A stretch of 64,000 nucleotides of DNA from an uncultured Syntrophaceae bacterium (lineage in GTDB: Bacteria; Desulfobacterota; Syntrophia; Syntrophales; UBA2210): positions 5,299-69,298 of the forward strand of contig CAZSYH010000004.1 in assembly GCA_964610735.1 (NCBI GenBank). Reading direction: 5' to 3'. Position numbers and translations under genes: made by a program. Numbering within the stretch: position 1 is the stretch's first letter; each line of letters opens with the position of its first letter. Shown here one piece after another: positions 52,678 to 62,488 of the stretch. The notes beneath the pieces are model-generated. The model worked only from the letters and a program-made list of their open reading frames with translations. It had not been told where the DNA came from and made no database searches.

Positions 52678-54962
52678 ATGATACCCCGCTTTATAACATA
52701 AGGATCATAAAGATCTTCATAGAATATATAAACAAACAACATCCTGGAACAGACATTGACCCCATTCTGGAATACGCGGGGATTGCCAACTATCAGATGG
52801 AAGATGCCGGACACTGGCTTACACAGGACCAGGTTGATCGCTTCTACGAGATTATCGTCCGCAAGACAGGCAACACCAACATCGCCCGAGAAGCGGGACA
52901 CTATTCCGGCCTCTCCAAGGCAGGTCTGCCCGTACAGCAATACGCCCTCGGGTTTATCACCCCCGCGACCGCATACGCGGTGATGGAGAAATTGTACAAC
53001 CAGTTAAGTCGTGCGTGCACACTCACCACAAAACGACTTGACAATAACAGGATTGAAATAACAGTAACCCCGAAAGAGGGCGTTGTCGAAAAACCCTACC
53101 AGTGTGAAAACAGGATGGGAACATTTGAGGCAGTGGCCAAGATGTTCACAAACCAGTTTGCCGAGATTGACCACCCTACCTGCATGCACAAAGGGGATAG
53201 CGCCTGCACATACATCATCACCTGGGAACAGGCCCCTTCATTCATATGGAAGCGCATACGCAATTATACGAGCATTCTCAGCGTCATATCGTGCCTCGGC
53301 CTCTTTTTCATACTGCCGGTCGTGTACTGGATAATCCTGACGCTTTCATGCTCCCTGTTTGTAACAGGCATTTCCGCTTACTCGGAACACATGGAGAAGG
53401 AAGAACTTCACTCAAAACTCAAAAACGACAGCGAAATAGCCGGCGACTTTCTCGAACAGACCAATGCCCGCTATAACACCGCCCTGCTTATACAGGAGAT
53501 AGGCCAGGGCACATCCGGCATACTGAATCCCGATCAACTCCTCTCCTACACTATGGATGTCCTCCGGAAGCGCCTAGGTTTCGACCGCGGAACGATCATG
53601 CTTGCCGACGAAGAGCGGCTTCATCTTGTATACGCCTCGGGATACGGATACAGCCCCGACCTGGAAGACTTGGTGCGACATACAATGTTCCACCTGGACA
53701 AGCCCGATTCGCTCGGACCGTTTGTCGTGGCATTCAGGGAACAGAGGCCTTTTCTGATAGACAATATCGATAAAATCAAAGAGGGTGTTACGTCGAAGAC
53801 ACTCGAATTTATGAAAATGCTGAGAGTAAAATCGTTTGCCTGCGTGCCCATAATATATGAAGGAAGGTCAGAGGGAGTACTGGCCGTGGAGAACCGGCAG
53901 ACAAAAAAGCCCTTCAGTCAGAGCGATATAAACCTCCTTATGGGTATAGCGCCCCAGATCGGTATCAGCATGAACAACGCCAAGACCTACCAGAAAATCA
54001 GACAGAGCGAGGAACAGTTCAGGGCCCTGGGAGAGAACGCGCCCGACATCATCTATACATTGGATGCGGATGGGGCATTCAACTACATCAATCCCGCGTG
54101 GAAGAACATACTGGGGTACGAAAAAGAAGAAACTATAGGGAAATATTTTATAGACTTCGTCGAAAAAAAAGATGTCAGGCGTTTTGCACGGCATTTCGAA
54201 CAGGTAAGAAGCGGCAAGGAAACCATCAAGAGCTTTACGGGTGTGCTTCTTACCAGAGATGGCAGTGGGCGCCTCTTCAATATAAGCTGTTCTCCAAACC
54301 TTTGTTCAGCAGGTGAAGTGTCCGGGGCGATAGGAACCATAAAGGATATTACCGACCTTGAGAAGAGCGTGGAGGTGCTCAAGACATCCCTGCAGAGCAC
54401 CATCGACGCTATGGCGGTTATTGTGGAATCGAAAGATCCTTACACGTCCGGCCACCAGAAAAGGGTAATGGATATCGCCGTTGCCATTGCCGAAGAGATG
54501 AATCTCGAGGAAGATAAAATCAGCGGCATTCGTATGGCCGCCATGATCCATGATATAGGAAAAATAAATATTCCGGCGGAAATCCTCAGCAAACCCGGAG
54601 AACTGACCGATATCGAATTCAGCATGATAAAAACCCATCCTGAAGCAGGCTACAATATCTTAAAAAATATCGAATTCATGTATCCGGTCGCCCAGATCGT
54701 GCGCCAGCATCATGAAAAGCTGGATGGTTCGGGTTACCCAGGCGGGCTTTCCGGTAATGACATCCTGATGGAATCAAGGGTTATGGCAGTCGCGGATATA
54801 GTGGAGGCCATGGCAACTAACAGACCCTACCGGCCATCCCTCGGTATAGCCGAGGCATTAAAGGAGATACGGCAGGGCAGAGACACCATCTATGATCCGG
54901 AAGTTGTGGACGCCTGTCTGAAGCTCTTCGAAGAAAAGGGATTTTATCTCGAACAGGTGTGA
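52674..54962 (+). CDS. Membrane-associated GAF-PAS-HD-GYP c-di-GMP phosphodiesterase
   Basis: Canonical 'AAMIHDIGKINIP', 'RQHHEKLDGSGYPGGL' and 'VADIVEAMATNRPYR'. The upstream PAS segment is 'APDIIYTLDADGAFNYINPAW'. A GAF-like region and 2 TM helices are also present. Confidence 0.85.
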   Translation: MNDTPLYNIRIIKIFIEYINKQHPGTDIDPILEYAGIANYQMEDAGHWLTQDQVDRFYEIIVRKTGNTNIAREAGHYSGLSKAGLPVQQYALGFITPATAYAVMEKLYNQLSRACTLTTKRLDNNRIEITVTPKEGVVEKPYQCENRMGTFEAVAKMFTNQFAEIDHPTCMHKGDSACTYIITWEQAPSFIWKRIRNYTSILSVISCLGLFFILPVVYWIILTLSCSLFVTGISAYSEHMEKEELHSKLKNDSEIAGDFLEQTNARYNTALLIQEIGQGTSGILNPDQLLSYTMDVLRKRLGFDRGTIMLADEERLHLVYASGYGYSPDLEDLVRHTMFHLDKPDSLGPFVVAFREQRPFLIDNIDKIKEGVTSKTLEFMKMLRVKSFACVPIIYEGRSEGVLAVENRQTKKPFSQSDINLLMGIAPQIGISMNNAKTYQKIRQSEEQFRALGENAPDIIYTLDADGAFNYINPAWKNILGYEKEETIGKYFIDFVEKKDVRRFARHFEQVRSGKETIKSFTGVLLTRDGSGRLFNISCSPNLCSAGEVSGAIGTIKDITDLEKSVEVLKTSLQSTIDAMAVIVESKDPYTSGHQKRVMDIAVAIAEEMNLEEDKISGIRMAAMIHDIGKINIPAEILSKPGELTDIEFSMIKTHPEAGYNILKNIEFMYPVAQIVRQHHEKLDGSGYPGGLSGNDILMESRVMAVADIVEAMATNRPYRPSLGIAEALKEIRQGRDTIYDPEVVDACLKLFEEKGFYLEQV

Positions 54963-54969
54963 TCCAGGG

Positions 54970-55788
54970 TTAGCCCCTCACAGGTTTCTTCCCCTTGCAA
55001 AGTATCATGGCGGTATAGGTAAAGCTCCTTGGATCATAAAGAAATCTCTCGAATTCTTCAGAGAAGGTACTGCTGCCGCCGGGATAATCGTCAAAGAGAT
55101 CACCGAGCCTTGCGACTGCCATTTCCACCTTTTTGGTCCAATTAAAAACGTCCTTGTCGCCGATTTTTCCGTAGAAGAGATGATGGGGGACAAGATCCAT
55201 CTGGATATCTTCCAATCCAAGGTCATAGAGGTATGAGTACAACTTCCTACCCGCATAGGTATCAAAGTTATATTCGTCATCCAGCCTCTCCATGAGCCTG
55301 TGCAATAATTTCGTCATCTGCGGAGACAGCCCATAGTGGTTGAGGCAGTTGTGGTCAAGATCCAGGAGGCAGATATAACCTTCGGGATTGAGGAGACCTG
55401 CAAGATTTTTTACAATATCCCGGCTTTCAGCACGGAAATATTCCAATACAAAGCGCACCCATATTATATCGAATTGCCCTATGCCGTCAAAAGCCCCCGT
55501 CAGACTACGAAGATGAAAGTCTATCTTGCCATCTCTACCATAATGTTCCCTCGCGTATCTTATCCGGTCTTCCGAATAGTCCACGCCAACTACCGTTCCA
55601 CCCGGCTGGACCATATCATACAGGATGGACGTCGTTATCCCCGACCCGCACCCCGCGTCAAGCACCCGCATTCCCGGCCTTATGCCGCACCAGCCGGCCT
55701 GTTTCCTGACAGCCTCAGGGTCTGTCTTAATGTCCAGTCGGATATTTTCCTCCCCACTATCCATCAGATATCCGGTCTTATCTTCCAA
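54970..55788 (-). CDS. Class I SAM-dependent methyltransferase
   Basis: 'VLDAGCGSGITTSIL' and 'FDIIWVRFVLEYF'. Confidence 0.75.
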   Translation of the reverse strand: MEDKTGYLMDSGEENIRLDIKTDPEAVRKQAGWCGIRPGMRVLDAGCGSGITTSILYDMVQPGGTVVGVDYSEDRIRYAREHYGRDGKIDFHLRSLTGAFDGIGQFDIIWVRFVLEYFRAESRDIVKNLAGLLNPEGYICLLDLDHNCLNHYGLSPQMTKLLHRLMERLDDEYNFDTYAGRKLYSYLYDLGLEDIQMDLVPHHLFYGKIGDKDVFNWTKKVEMAVARLGDLFDDYPGGSSTFSEEFERFLYDPRSFTYTAMILCKGKKPVRG

Positions 55789-55960
55789 TATTTCATCCTT
55801 TTACACTCTGTTTCTGAAAAAACCTGCCCCCCAAGCACACAAACAGGGAAGGCATCCCTTCAGTTTGGGGGAGTATAGGTGTAACTCAATTTGTATGTCA
55901 AGCAGAAAGCACCACAAGATGTTGTGGTTACAAACCATCGACCATGGATCGAAACGGCGT

Positions 55961-56590
55961 TTATTTGTTTTTACCTGCGCTCCATTCCAATTCTATCTTT
56001 CCAAGCACACCTGTAAAAACAAGCTCCGGCCCGTCTTCCGCCACAGTATCGTTCTTATCTGAAAACGGAGATCTGAAGAATTTCACACTGTAGAATTTTC
56101 CATAGGGCTTCACATAGGGAAAGAACTTTGTAACAAGTGGGGTGCTGTCGATCTCTCTTATGTCCAGAGGTTCCAGCATTTCTCCTCTTTCGCCGGAAGA
56201 AAACACCCTCCAGACGGAATCAGGCTTCGAGAAATCGTTGGAGTCCCTGTCAGGGATATACGCGTAAAACAGAAATTCCCTGAGATCGGACGATGTATCA
56301 GACAGTATGTCTTTCCTTTGCTTTTTCTCCGCGGCAGTCAGGAGATAGAGCCTGGAGTATTCCGAGAGGTACGCATCCATAAATTCTCTGTTCTTCCATG
56401 TAGCGACAACGCTGATACTTGTCTCGAATTCGGAATATAGCGTCTTTTCCCTCGTGTACCTGTTCAGTGTATCGAAATATTCCCCTGAAATGGTACCGTT
56501 CTCCGCAATTTCAATATACTCCTTCACGTAACTGCACCCAAAAATTCCCACCAGGAAAAACATTATCAAGACGGTCCTAAGCGTTTTCAT
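55961..56590 (-). CDS. Hypothetical lipoprotein
   Basis: 'MKTLRTVLIMFFLVGIFGCSY' carries a lipobox. Start set at the internal ATG 56590. Confidence 0.45.
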   Translation of the reverse strand: MKTLRTVLIMFFLVGIFGCSYVKEYIEIAENGTISGEYFDTLNRYTREKTLYSEFETSISVVATWKNREFMDAYLSEYSRLYLLTAAEKKQRKDILSDTSSDLREFLFYAYIPDRDSNDFSKPDSVWRVFSSGERGEMLEPLDIREIDSTPLVTKFFPYVKPYGKFYSVKFFRSPFSDKNDTVAEDGPELVFTGVLGKIELEWSAGKNK

Positions 56591-57887
56591 CTTCTCCTCC
56601 AAACACCCTGTCAAATATAAAATCTATATGGCCAAGAAAATTTTCCAGCCTGAACACGTTCTCTATATCTTCCCCGCTCAGGCATGACATAACCTGTTCA
56701 TCTTCGAGGAGTAACCGTTTGAAATCAAGCCCCTCATTCCACGATTTCATAGCGCTCTTCTGGACAATCGCATAGGAATCTTCCCTCGACATTCCTTTTT
56801 CAATAAATTTCAGCAACACCATCTGCGAAAATACTAACCCTCTGGTCATATTCAGGTTAGCGATCATTCTCTCGGGATACACAAGAAGGTTTTTCATAAC
56901 ACCGGTGAACCTGCTCAACATGAAGTCAAGGAGTATCGTGGCGTCAGGGGCGATAACCCGTTCGACTGAAGAATGACTGATATCCCGTTCGTGCCAGAGG
57001 GCCACATCTTCCATGGACGCAAGCGCGTATGACCTCACAAGCCTCGCGAGACCGGAGAGGTTCTCTGAAAGCACAGGGTTTCTCTTGTGGGGCATCGCCG
57101 AAGACCCCTTCTGTCCGGGAGAGAAAAACTCCTCTGCCTCCCTGACTTCCGTTCTCTGAAGATGTCTTATCTCCGTGGAAAATTTTTCAATGGAAGAGGC
57201 TGTTATGGCAAGGGTTGAAAAATATTCGGCGTGTCTGTCCCGCTGGACAATCTGCGTGGATATGGGTGCGGGCTTCAACCCCAGTTTTGCGCACACGTAT
57301 TCCTCAACACTTGGGTCAATAAAAGAGAATGTGCCGACGGCTCCCGCTATCTTCCCGCAGCTGATCGTTTTCTTAGCGCTGATTAAGCGTGTTCTGTTCC
57401 GTCTCATCTCCTGATACCACAGGGCCATCTTGAGACCGAAGGTGATCGGCTCCGCGTGAATCCCGTGCGATCTCCCGATCATAATGGTATCCTTGTACTC
57501 AAATGCCCTGTCTTTCAAGACAATCAGCAGCTCGTCCAGATCCGCGATAAGCAGTTCCGACGCCTCCTTCAGGAGAACCGCAAGGGAGGTATCCAAGATG
57601 TCGGAAGAAGTAAGACCCATGTGTATGTATCTCGCATCCGCTCCAACCTTTTCCGAAACAGAGGTAAGGAAGGCTATGACGTCATGCTTGACCGTCTTTT
57701 CAATCTCATCAATCCTCTGCACATCAAACCCGGCCCTTTTCCTGATAGTATTGAGTGATTCGGCCGGTATCTTCCCCTGAGCAGCAAGGGCCTCACACGC
57801 AAGAACCTCTATCTCCAGCCACTTTTTAAACCGGTTTTCAGGGCTCCAGATATAAGTCATTTCGTCTCTTGAATATCTTGGAATCAA
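56577..57887 (-). CDS. purB: Adenylosuccinate lyase
   Basis: 'MIPRYSRDEMTYIWSPENRF', 'GLTSSDILDT' and 'GSSAMPHKRNP' (the fumarate lyase signature). Confidence 0.95.
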   Translation of the reverse strand: MIPRYSRDEMTYIWSPENRFKKWLEIEVLACEALAAQGKIPAESLNTIRKRAGFDVQRIDEIEKTVKHDVIAFLTSVSEKVGADARYIHMGLTSSDILDTSLAVLLKEASELLIADLDELLIVLKDRAFEYKDTIMIGRSHGIHAEPITFGLKMALWYQEMRRNRTRLISAKKTISCGKIAGAVGTFSFIDPSVEEYVCAKLGLKPAPISTQIVQRDRHAEYFSTLAITASSIEKFSTEIRHLQRTEVREAEEFFSPGQKGSSAMPHKRNPVLSENLSGLARLVRSYALASMEDVALWHERDISHSSVERVIAPDATILLDFMLSRFTGVMKNLLVYPERMIANLNMTRGLVFSQMVLLKFIEKGMSREDSYAIVQKSAMKSWNEGLDFKRLLLEDEQVMSCLSGEDIENVFRLENFLGHIDFIFDRVFGGEDENA

Positions 57888-58027
57888 TTTTATCCCCCTT
57901 GATTGATTATGACAACGAATCTCTTATTACGAGATATGGGAACTAGTCAAGTTTTTTAGGAATGATGGGCTCGTGAAGAGCAGCATCCCGCATCGGAACA
58001 CTATGGGCATTCAAAGATACGAAAACT

Positions 58028-59401
58028 CTATGGAATGAACTTGCTTTCCAGTCCTGGGCGGTTATATTTCTTGTAGTGATCTGAGCTTAAAAACCCCCTC
58101 CGGTATGAAGCGTTGAATTTATAGGAAATCAACGTTGCAACCAGGCTTTTGGTGGTCAGCAAGGTGTTGACAGTCCTTTTTAAGGTTTCTGTACGACTGT
58201 AAAATATTTTCCTAAGATAGGTAAATCCCTCATACACTTCTTCAATCGACATTTGTTTTGGTTTGAACACTAACTTCGTCAGGCGATATTCATCCCAGGC
58301 CTCAGGGAACTTCTGGTCTAAAATTCTTCCCTCTTTTTGCAAGGTTTTCCAGAGCTGAGTACCCGGCAGGGGAGTCGGCTTGCTGATTTGTAAAACATCT
58401 ATTCCCGAAGATTTGATAAACTCTAACGTGGGGTGAAAGACGGTTCTGTCGTCTTCATCGCCTCCCACCACGAATGCACCAAGAAATGCGATACCTTCCT
58501 TTCTGATATTGTGAATCAATTCCGCATAACGATCATGACTAAGTTCCCTGAGATTTTGTTCTTTGTGGTAGGATTTAAGTGTCTTTGGATTTATGGACTC
58601 CAATCCGATGAAAACAATCTTCAATCCGGCTTTGGCGGCCATACGGATCAGATCTTTATCTTCTCCAAAAAGAATAGAAGCCTGGGTAAAAAAGTATTTT
58701 TTAATCCCTTCCTCCACAATTCTGGAAAAAAAGGCATACGCCCAGTCTCGATCCCGCTGACCATACCCAATGATGTTGTCATCAGTAAGGAAGACCATCT
58801 TCTGGGATATTTTCTTAAGCTCTTTAATAACCGCATCCAAAGACCGCCTGCGAAATCGACGACCGTTGAAAGCCGTGACAGAACAAAAACTGCAATTCAT
58901 CGGGCAACCGCGGGAAGTCTGGAGGCTTCCCCAGCGGTAGTGGTGCTTTTGTAAAAGATCTCTTCTGGGTTCAGGTAAGTCATTAAGATCCGCCCATGAG
59001 CCGTGATATTGCCTTTGCAGGTGACCGGCCTCAAAATCTTCTAGAAGCTGAGGCCATACACCCTCAGCTTCTCCCACAACTACCGTATCACAAAACAACA
59101 GAGCCTCTTCCGGCATCATTGATACGTGAATCCCTCCCATTACGGTGGGTATTCCTTTTTTTTTGTAAATTTGAGCAATTTGGTAGGCCCTGTTCACTGA
59201 AGACGTAAAAGCTGTGATGCCCACGATATCGGCTTCGCGGAACTGGAAGGGCTCAACCCCTTCATCAATGATCTCTATTTGATAATGTTCCGGGGTAACT
59301 GCGGCCAGATAGGGTAGATTCAAGGGCGGCCAAGCCGTTGCCTTAATATTACCCAGGCCTTTATGTTCATTGGACGGGTTAATCAGAAGTAAACGGAGCA
59401 T
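58028..59401 (-). CDS. B12-binding-domain radical SAM protein, substrate unknown
   Basis: N-terminal B12-binding-like region 'DIVGITAFTSS', then 'SRGCPMNCSFCSV' (CX3CX2C). Confidence 0.75.
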   Translation of the reverse strand: MLRLLLINPSNEHKGLGNIKATAWPPLNLPYLAAVTPEHYQIEIIDEGVEPFQFREADIVGITAFTSSVNRAYQIAQIYKKKGIPTVMGGIHVSMMPEEALLFCDTVVVGEAEGVWPQLLEDFEAGHLQRQYHGSWADLNDLPEPRRDLLQKHHYRWGSLQTSRGCPMNCSFCSVTAFNGRRFRRRSLDAVIKELKKISQKMVFLTDDNIIGYGQRDRDWAYAFFSRIVEEGIKKYFFTQASILFGEDKDLIRMAAKAGLKIVFIGLESINPKTLKSYHKEQNLRELSHDRYAELIHNIRKEGIAFLGAFVVGGDEDDRTVFHPTLEFIKSSGIDVLQISKPTPLPGTQLWKTLQKEGRILDQKFPEAWDEYRLTKLVFKPKQMSIEEVYEGFTYLRKIFYSRTETLKRTVNTLLTTKSLVATLISYKFNASYRRGFLSSDHYKKYNRPGLESKFIP

Positions 59402-59556
59402 ATCGTATCGTGTCTCCCCCTTTTTTTTAATGTGATAGGAAGCAGAGCAACCAAAACCGGGGAACTTGTAGCACCATTTTTATTCCGCCATCAAGATAAA
59501 AATGAGGGGGCAATCCAACCAGATTTAAAAAATTCTCCTGTTTAAAAAATTCTTCT

Positions 59557-59604
59557 TGACAACATATAGTATTAACCCTATTATACGACCACAATATATT
59601 GTGT
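59557..59604 (+). promoter_or_regulatory. Tandem NrdR boxes upstream of nrdD
   Basis: Box 2 at 59589-59604 contains the perfect palindrome CACAATATATTGTG. Box 1 at 59557-59572 has the core CAACATATAG. The centres are 32 bp apart, as is typical for NrdR operators (consensus acaCwAtATaTwGtgt). Confidence 0.7.
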
Positions 59605-59633
59605 TCATATAATAAAGGGCGGGGGAATAGTTC

Positions 59634-61721
59634 ATGCGCAGCAAGATAAGAAAAAGAGACGGACGTCTGGCCAGGTTTGACGCGGTAAAGATCACCCGCG
59701 CTATCGCAAAGGCGGGAATGGCAACCGATGAATTCGGCGAAATAGAAGCAAAAAAGCTTACAATAAAGGCTCTGAACCTGGCCGAGAAGCTTTTCGACAA
59801 CAAGATTATGACTGTTGAAGAGATACAGGATATAGTTGAAGAGGTGCTCCTTAGTTCTTCATACCGCAAGACCGCCAAGTCATACATCATATACAGGGAT
59901 CAACACGCGAGACTGAGAGAAATTACCAACAAAATGGAGGTTGATCTTGTAGACCAGTACCTGGGAAAGCTTGACTGGAAGATAAATGAAAACAGCAATA
60001 TGGATTATTCACTCCAGGGGTTGAACAACTATCTCTCCTCTGAAGTGAGCAAGGTCTACTGGTTAAACAAAATATATCCAGATGAAATCAAGGACGCCCA
60101 GATGAATGGGGATTTTCATATTCATGACCTCAGCATTCTCTCCGTCTATTGTGTTGGGTGGGACCTGCATGACCTCCTGATAGAAGGCTTCCAAGGAGCT
60201 TCCGGAAAAGTGGAGAGTAAGCCCGCGAAACACCTCCGCAGCGCCCTTGGACAGGTAGTCAATTTCTTCTATACTCTACAGGGAGAAGCTGCGGGCGCGC
60301 AGGCATTCTCAAATTTCGACACGCTACTTGCCCCCTTCATAAGATACGATAACCTCGGGTTTAAAGAAGTAAAACAGGCCCTTCAGGAATTTATCTTCAA
60401 TATAAATGTCCCAACACGCGTAGGGTTCCAGACGCCCTTTACCAATGTCACGCTGGATGTAAAGGTTCCGAAATACTATGCCGACCAGGGCGTTATCATC
60501 GGGGGAAAATCTCAGAATGAAACGTACAAAGAATTCCAGAAAGAGATGGCCATCTTCAACAAGGCATTCCTTCAGGTAATGGCCGAAGGAGACGCCAAAG
60601 GACGCGTCTTCACCTTCCCGATTCCCACATATAATATCACTAAGGAATTTGACTGGGACAATCCCGATCTCGAGTACCTGTGGGAAATGACGGCAAAATA
60701 CGGAGTGCCCTACTTCTCAAATTTCGTCAATTCCGACATGAATCCGGAAGACGCGAGGAGCATGTGCTGCCGGTTGAGGATAGATAACCGAGAGCTTGAG
60801 AAGAGAGGAGGAGGCCTCTTTGGGTCCAATCCCCTGACTGGTTCCATCGGTGTAATAACAATTAACATGCCAAGAATCGGTTATATTTCAAAAACGGAAG
60901 ATGAATTTGTTAAACAGGTGGACCATCTTATGGTCCTGGCGAAGGAAAGCCTGGAGATAAAAAGGAAGGTGCTCGAAAAATTCACCGACAAAGATCTGTA
61001 TCCCTACACAAAATACTATCTCAGAGACGTGAGAAACCGTTTCGGTGAATACTGGAAAAACCACTTTTCCACGATAGGTCTCGTGGGAATGAACGAGGCG
61101 TGTCTTAATCTTATGGGAAAGAATATTGCGGATCCCGAAGGACAGAAATTCACACAAAGAATACTCGATTTCATGAGGGACAGGCTTCTTGAATTCCAGG
61201 AGGAAACCGGGAATAATTACAACCTTGAAGCAACTCCGGCAGAAGGTACATCTTACAGCCTCGCAAGGAAAGACAGGGAGAAATACCCCGATATTATTTG
61301 CGCCACCGGGAACGGAGACAGTTCCGACATGTCGGAATTCTATACCAACTCCACCCAGCTTCCAGTAAACTTCACCGACGACATTTTCGAAGCGCTAGAC
61401 CTCCAGGATGATATTCAGACCAGATATACAGGGGGAACGGTTTTCCATATCTACGCGGGTGAGCGTATTGAGGATCCGTCCGCGGTAAAGGTGCTGGTAC
61501 GCAGGGTATGCGACAAATACCACCTTCCCTACTTCACCTTTTCCCCCACCTTCAGCGTGTGTCCGAATCACGGCTATCTCAATGGTGAACAATATGCATG
61601 CCCGACATGTGAGGCATCCTGCGAAGTCTTTTCCCGCGTGGTTGGTTATCTGCGTCCGGTAAAACAGTGGAACAAGGGAAAGCAGGAAGAGTTCAAGGCT
61701 AGAAAGGTATTCCGGGTATAA
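59634..61721 (+). CDS. nrdD: Anaerobic ribonucleoside-triphosphate reductase (class III) with N-terminal ATP-cone
   Basis: ATP-cone 'IRKRDGRLARFDAVKITRAI'. C-terminal Zn site 'CPNHG...CPTC' and glycyl-radical motif 'SRVVGYLRPV'. Confidence 0.95.
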   Translation: MRSKIRKRDGRLARFDAVKITRAIAKAGMATDEFGEIEAKKLTIKALNLAEKLFDNKIMTVEEIQDIVEEVLLSSSYRKTAKSYIIYRDQHARLREITNKMEVDLVDQYLGKLDWKINENSNMDYSLQGLNNYLSSEVSKVYWLNKIYPDEIKDAQMNGDFHIHDLSILSVYCVGWDLHDLLIEGFQGASGKVESKPAKHLRSALGQVVNFFYTLQGEAAGAQAFSNFDTLLAPFIRYDNLGFKEVKQALQEFIFNINVPTRVGFQTPFTNVTLDVKVPKYYADQGVIIGGKSQNETYKEFQKEMAIFNKAFLQVMAEGDAKGRVFTFPIPTYNITKEFDWDNPDLEYLWEMTAKYGVPYFSNFVNSDMNPEDARSMCCRLRIDNRELEKRGGGLFGSNPLTGSIGVITINMPRIGYISKTEDEFVKQVDHLMVLAKESLEIKRKVLEKFTDKDLYPYTKYYLRDVRNRFGEYWKNHFSTIGLVGMNEACLNLMGKNIADPEGQKFTQRILDFMRDRLLEFQEETGNNYNLEATPAEGTSYSLARKDREKYPDIICATGNGDSSDMSEFYTNSTQLPVNFTDDIFEALDLQDDIQTRYTGGTVFHIYAGERIEDPSAVKVLVRRVCDKYHLPYFTFSPTFSVCPNHGYLNGEQYACPTCEASCEVFSRVVGYLRPVKQWNKGKQEEFKARKVFRV

Positions 61722-61725
61722 TCTG

Positions 61726-62415
61726 GTGAAGATCGGAGATATTCAAAGGTTCTCTCTCATTGATTATCCAGGCAGGATATGTGCCACTGTATTCACGCAG
61801 GGGTGTAATTTCAGATGCCCGTACTGTCACAATCCGGAGCTTGTAGAGCCCTCCCTGTTTAGAAGAACCACGGCAGATGACGAAGTCTTTGCCTTTCTCA
61901 AAAAGCGGAGGGGCAAGCTTGACGCTGTAAACATCACCGGAGGTGAACCCACATTGCAACCCGATCTTATTGAATTTATAAAACTAATAGGATCAATGGG
62001 TTATATGGTCAAAATTGATACGAATGGATCGTTTCCAGAGGTCCTGAGAAAACTGATCGATGGTAAGCTTCTGGATTATATAGCCATGGACGTCAAGGCC
62101 CCCCTCGAAAAATATGGAGAAGTTACCGGATCATCCATAACTCCTGAAAATATCGCGGAGAGTATAAAGCTGATAATGAACTCCGGCATTGATTATGAAT
62201 TCAGGACAACCATAGTGAAATCCCTCCTGACAGAAACAGATATAGAAAAAATTGGGATTCTTACAGGTGGGGCCAGATGCCATGTGCTGCAGAAATTTGT
62301 GCCCTCAAAAACCCTGGACCCCGGGTTCATGAACGAAGCCGCCCACACCGATGAGGAAATCTTCAATATAAAGGAAAAACTGGAAAAACTGGTGCAATCC
62401 GTCATCATTCGATAG
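61726..62415 (+). CDS. nrdG: Anaerobic RNR activating radical SAM protein
   Basis: 'FTQGCNFRCPYCHNPEL' and 'VNITGGEPTL'. GTG start 4 nt after nrdD. Confidence 0.9.
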   Translation: MKIGDIQRFSLIDYPGRICATVFTQGCNFRCPYCHNPELVEPSLFRRTTADDEVFAFLKKRRGKLDAVNITGGEPTLQPDLIEFIKLIGSMGYMVKIDTNGSFPEVLRKLIDGKLLDYIAMDVKAPLEKYGEVTGSSITPENIAESIKLIMNSGIDYEFRTTIVKSLLTETDIEKIGILTGGARCHVLQKFVPSKTLDPGFMNEAAHTDEEIFNIKEKLEKLVQSVIIR

Positions 62416-62488
62416 AGCCTGCAAAAGACTTCTACGTCTTGTGATTGTTTGCTTGTTGATATATAGTGAGAGGGCGGGGGCGGAAAGT

